Positions 63,906 through 64,000 of a stretch of DNA of 64,000 nt are shown piece after piece. The stretch is from positions 136,836,001-136,900,000 of the forward strand of contig NW_024704742.1 in the NCBI RefSeq assembly GCF_018977255.1, in the 5' to 3' direction. The DNA is from Callorhinchus milii (Eukaryota). The first letter of the stretch is position 1. Every line of letters starts with the position of its first letter. A program made the position numbers and the translations under genes. Below the pieces are notes generated by a model, which did no database searches, was not told where the DNA came from, and saw only the letters and a list, made by a program, of their open reading frames with translations.

Positions 63906-64000
63906 TGACACCTCGCTCTTTGAACAATTTAAAAGTAGTCAAGATTTCAGACCAAATAGTAGAAATTTGGAATCCTTTATTATTCCATATGCCACAAAAG

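Overview
Eukaryotic (vertebrate) genomic DNA, not prokaryotic. The window holds the complete coding region of one gene, CTIF (CBP80/20-dependent translation initiation factor, C-terminal MIF4G domain), on the minus strand. I reconstructed 11 coding exons from ATG at 42973 to TGA at 5682-5684, all with GT-AG introns and consistent phases: 1779 nt, 592 aa plus stop. A non-coding first exon and promoter probably lie near 44.7-46.8 kb. The rest is retroelement-dense intronic and flanking DNA: a young tRNA-Ala-derived SINE with CORE-like and Deu-like segments, older full Deu-domain SINEs, LINE-2 and CR1 3' fragments, Penelope-like termini with decayed minimal hammerhead motifs, an unclassified A-tailed repeat, and several repeat-free enhancer-like blocks. 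The repeat complement suggests a cartilaginous fish, possibly a chimaera such as elephant shark (inference). Nearly all ORF-track entries are spurious or LINE remnants. I found no convincing wholly new biological system. The most interesting signals are the modular SINE and its L2 partner, an L2 tail abutting a CTIF splice donor, the decayed hammerheads and a few candidate regulatory elements. Exon coordinates are base-exact; repeat and regulatory boundaries are approximate.
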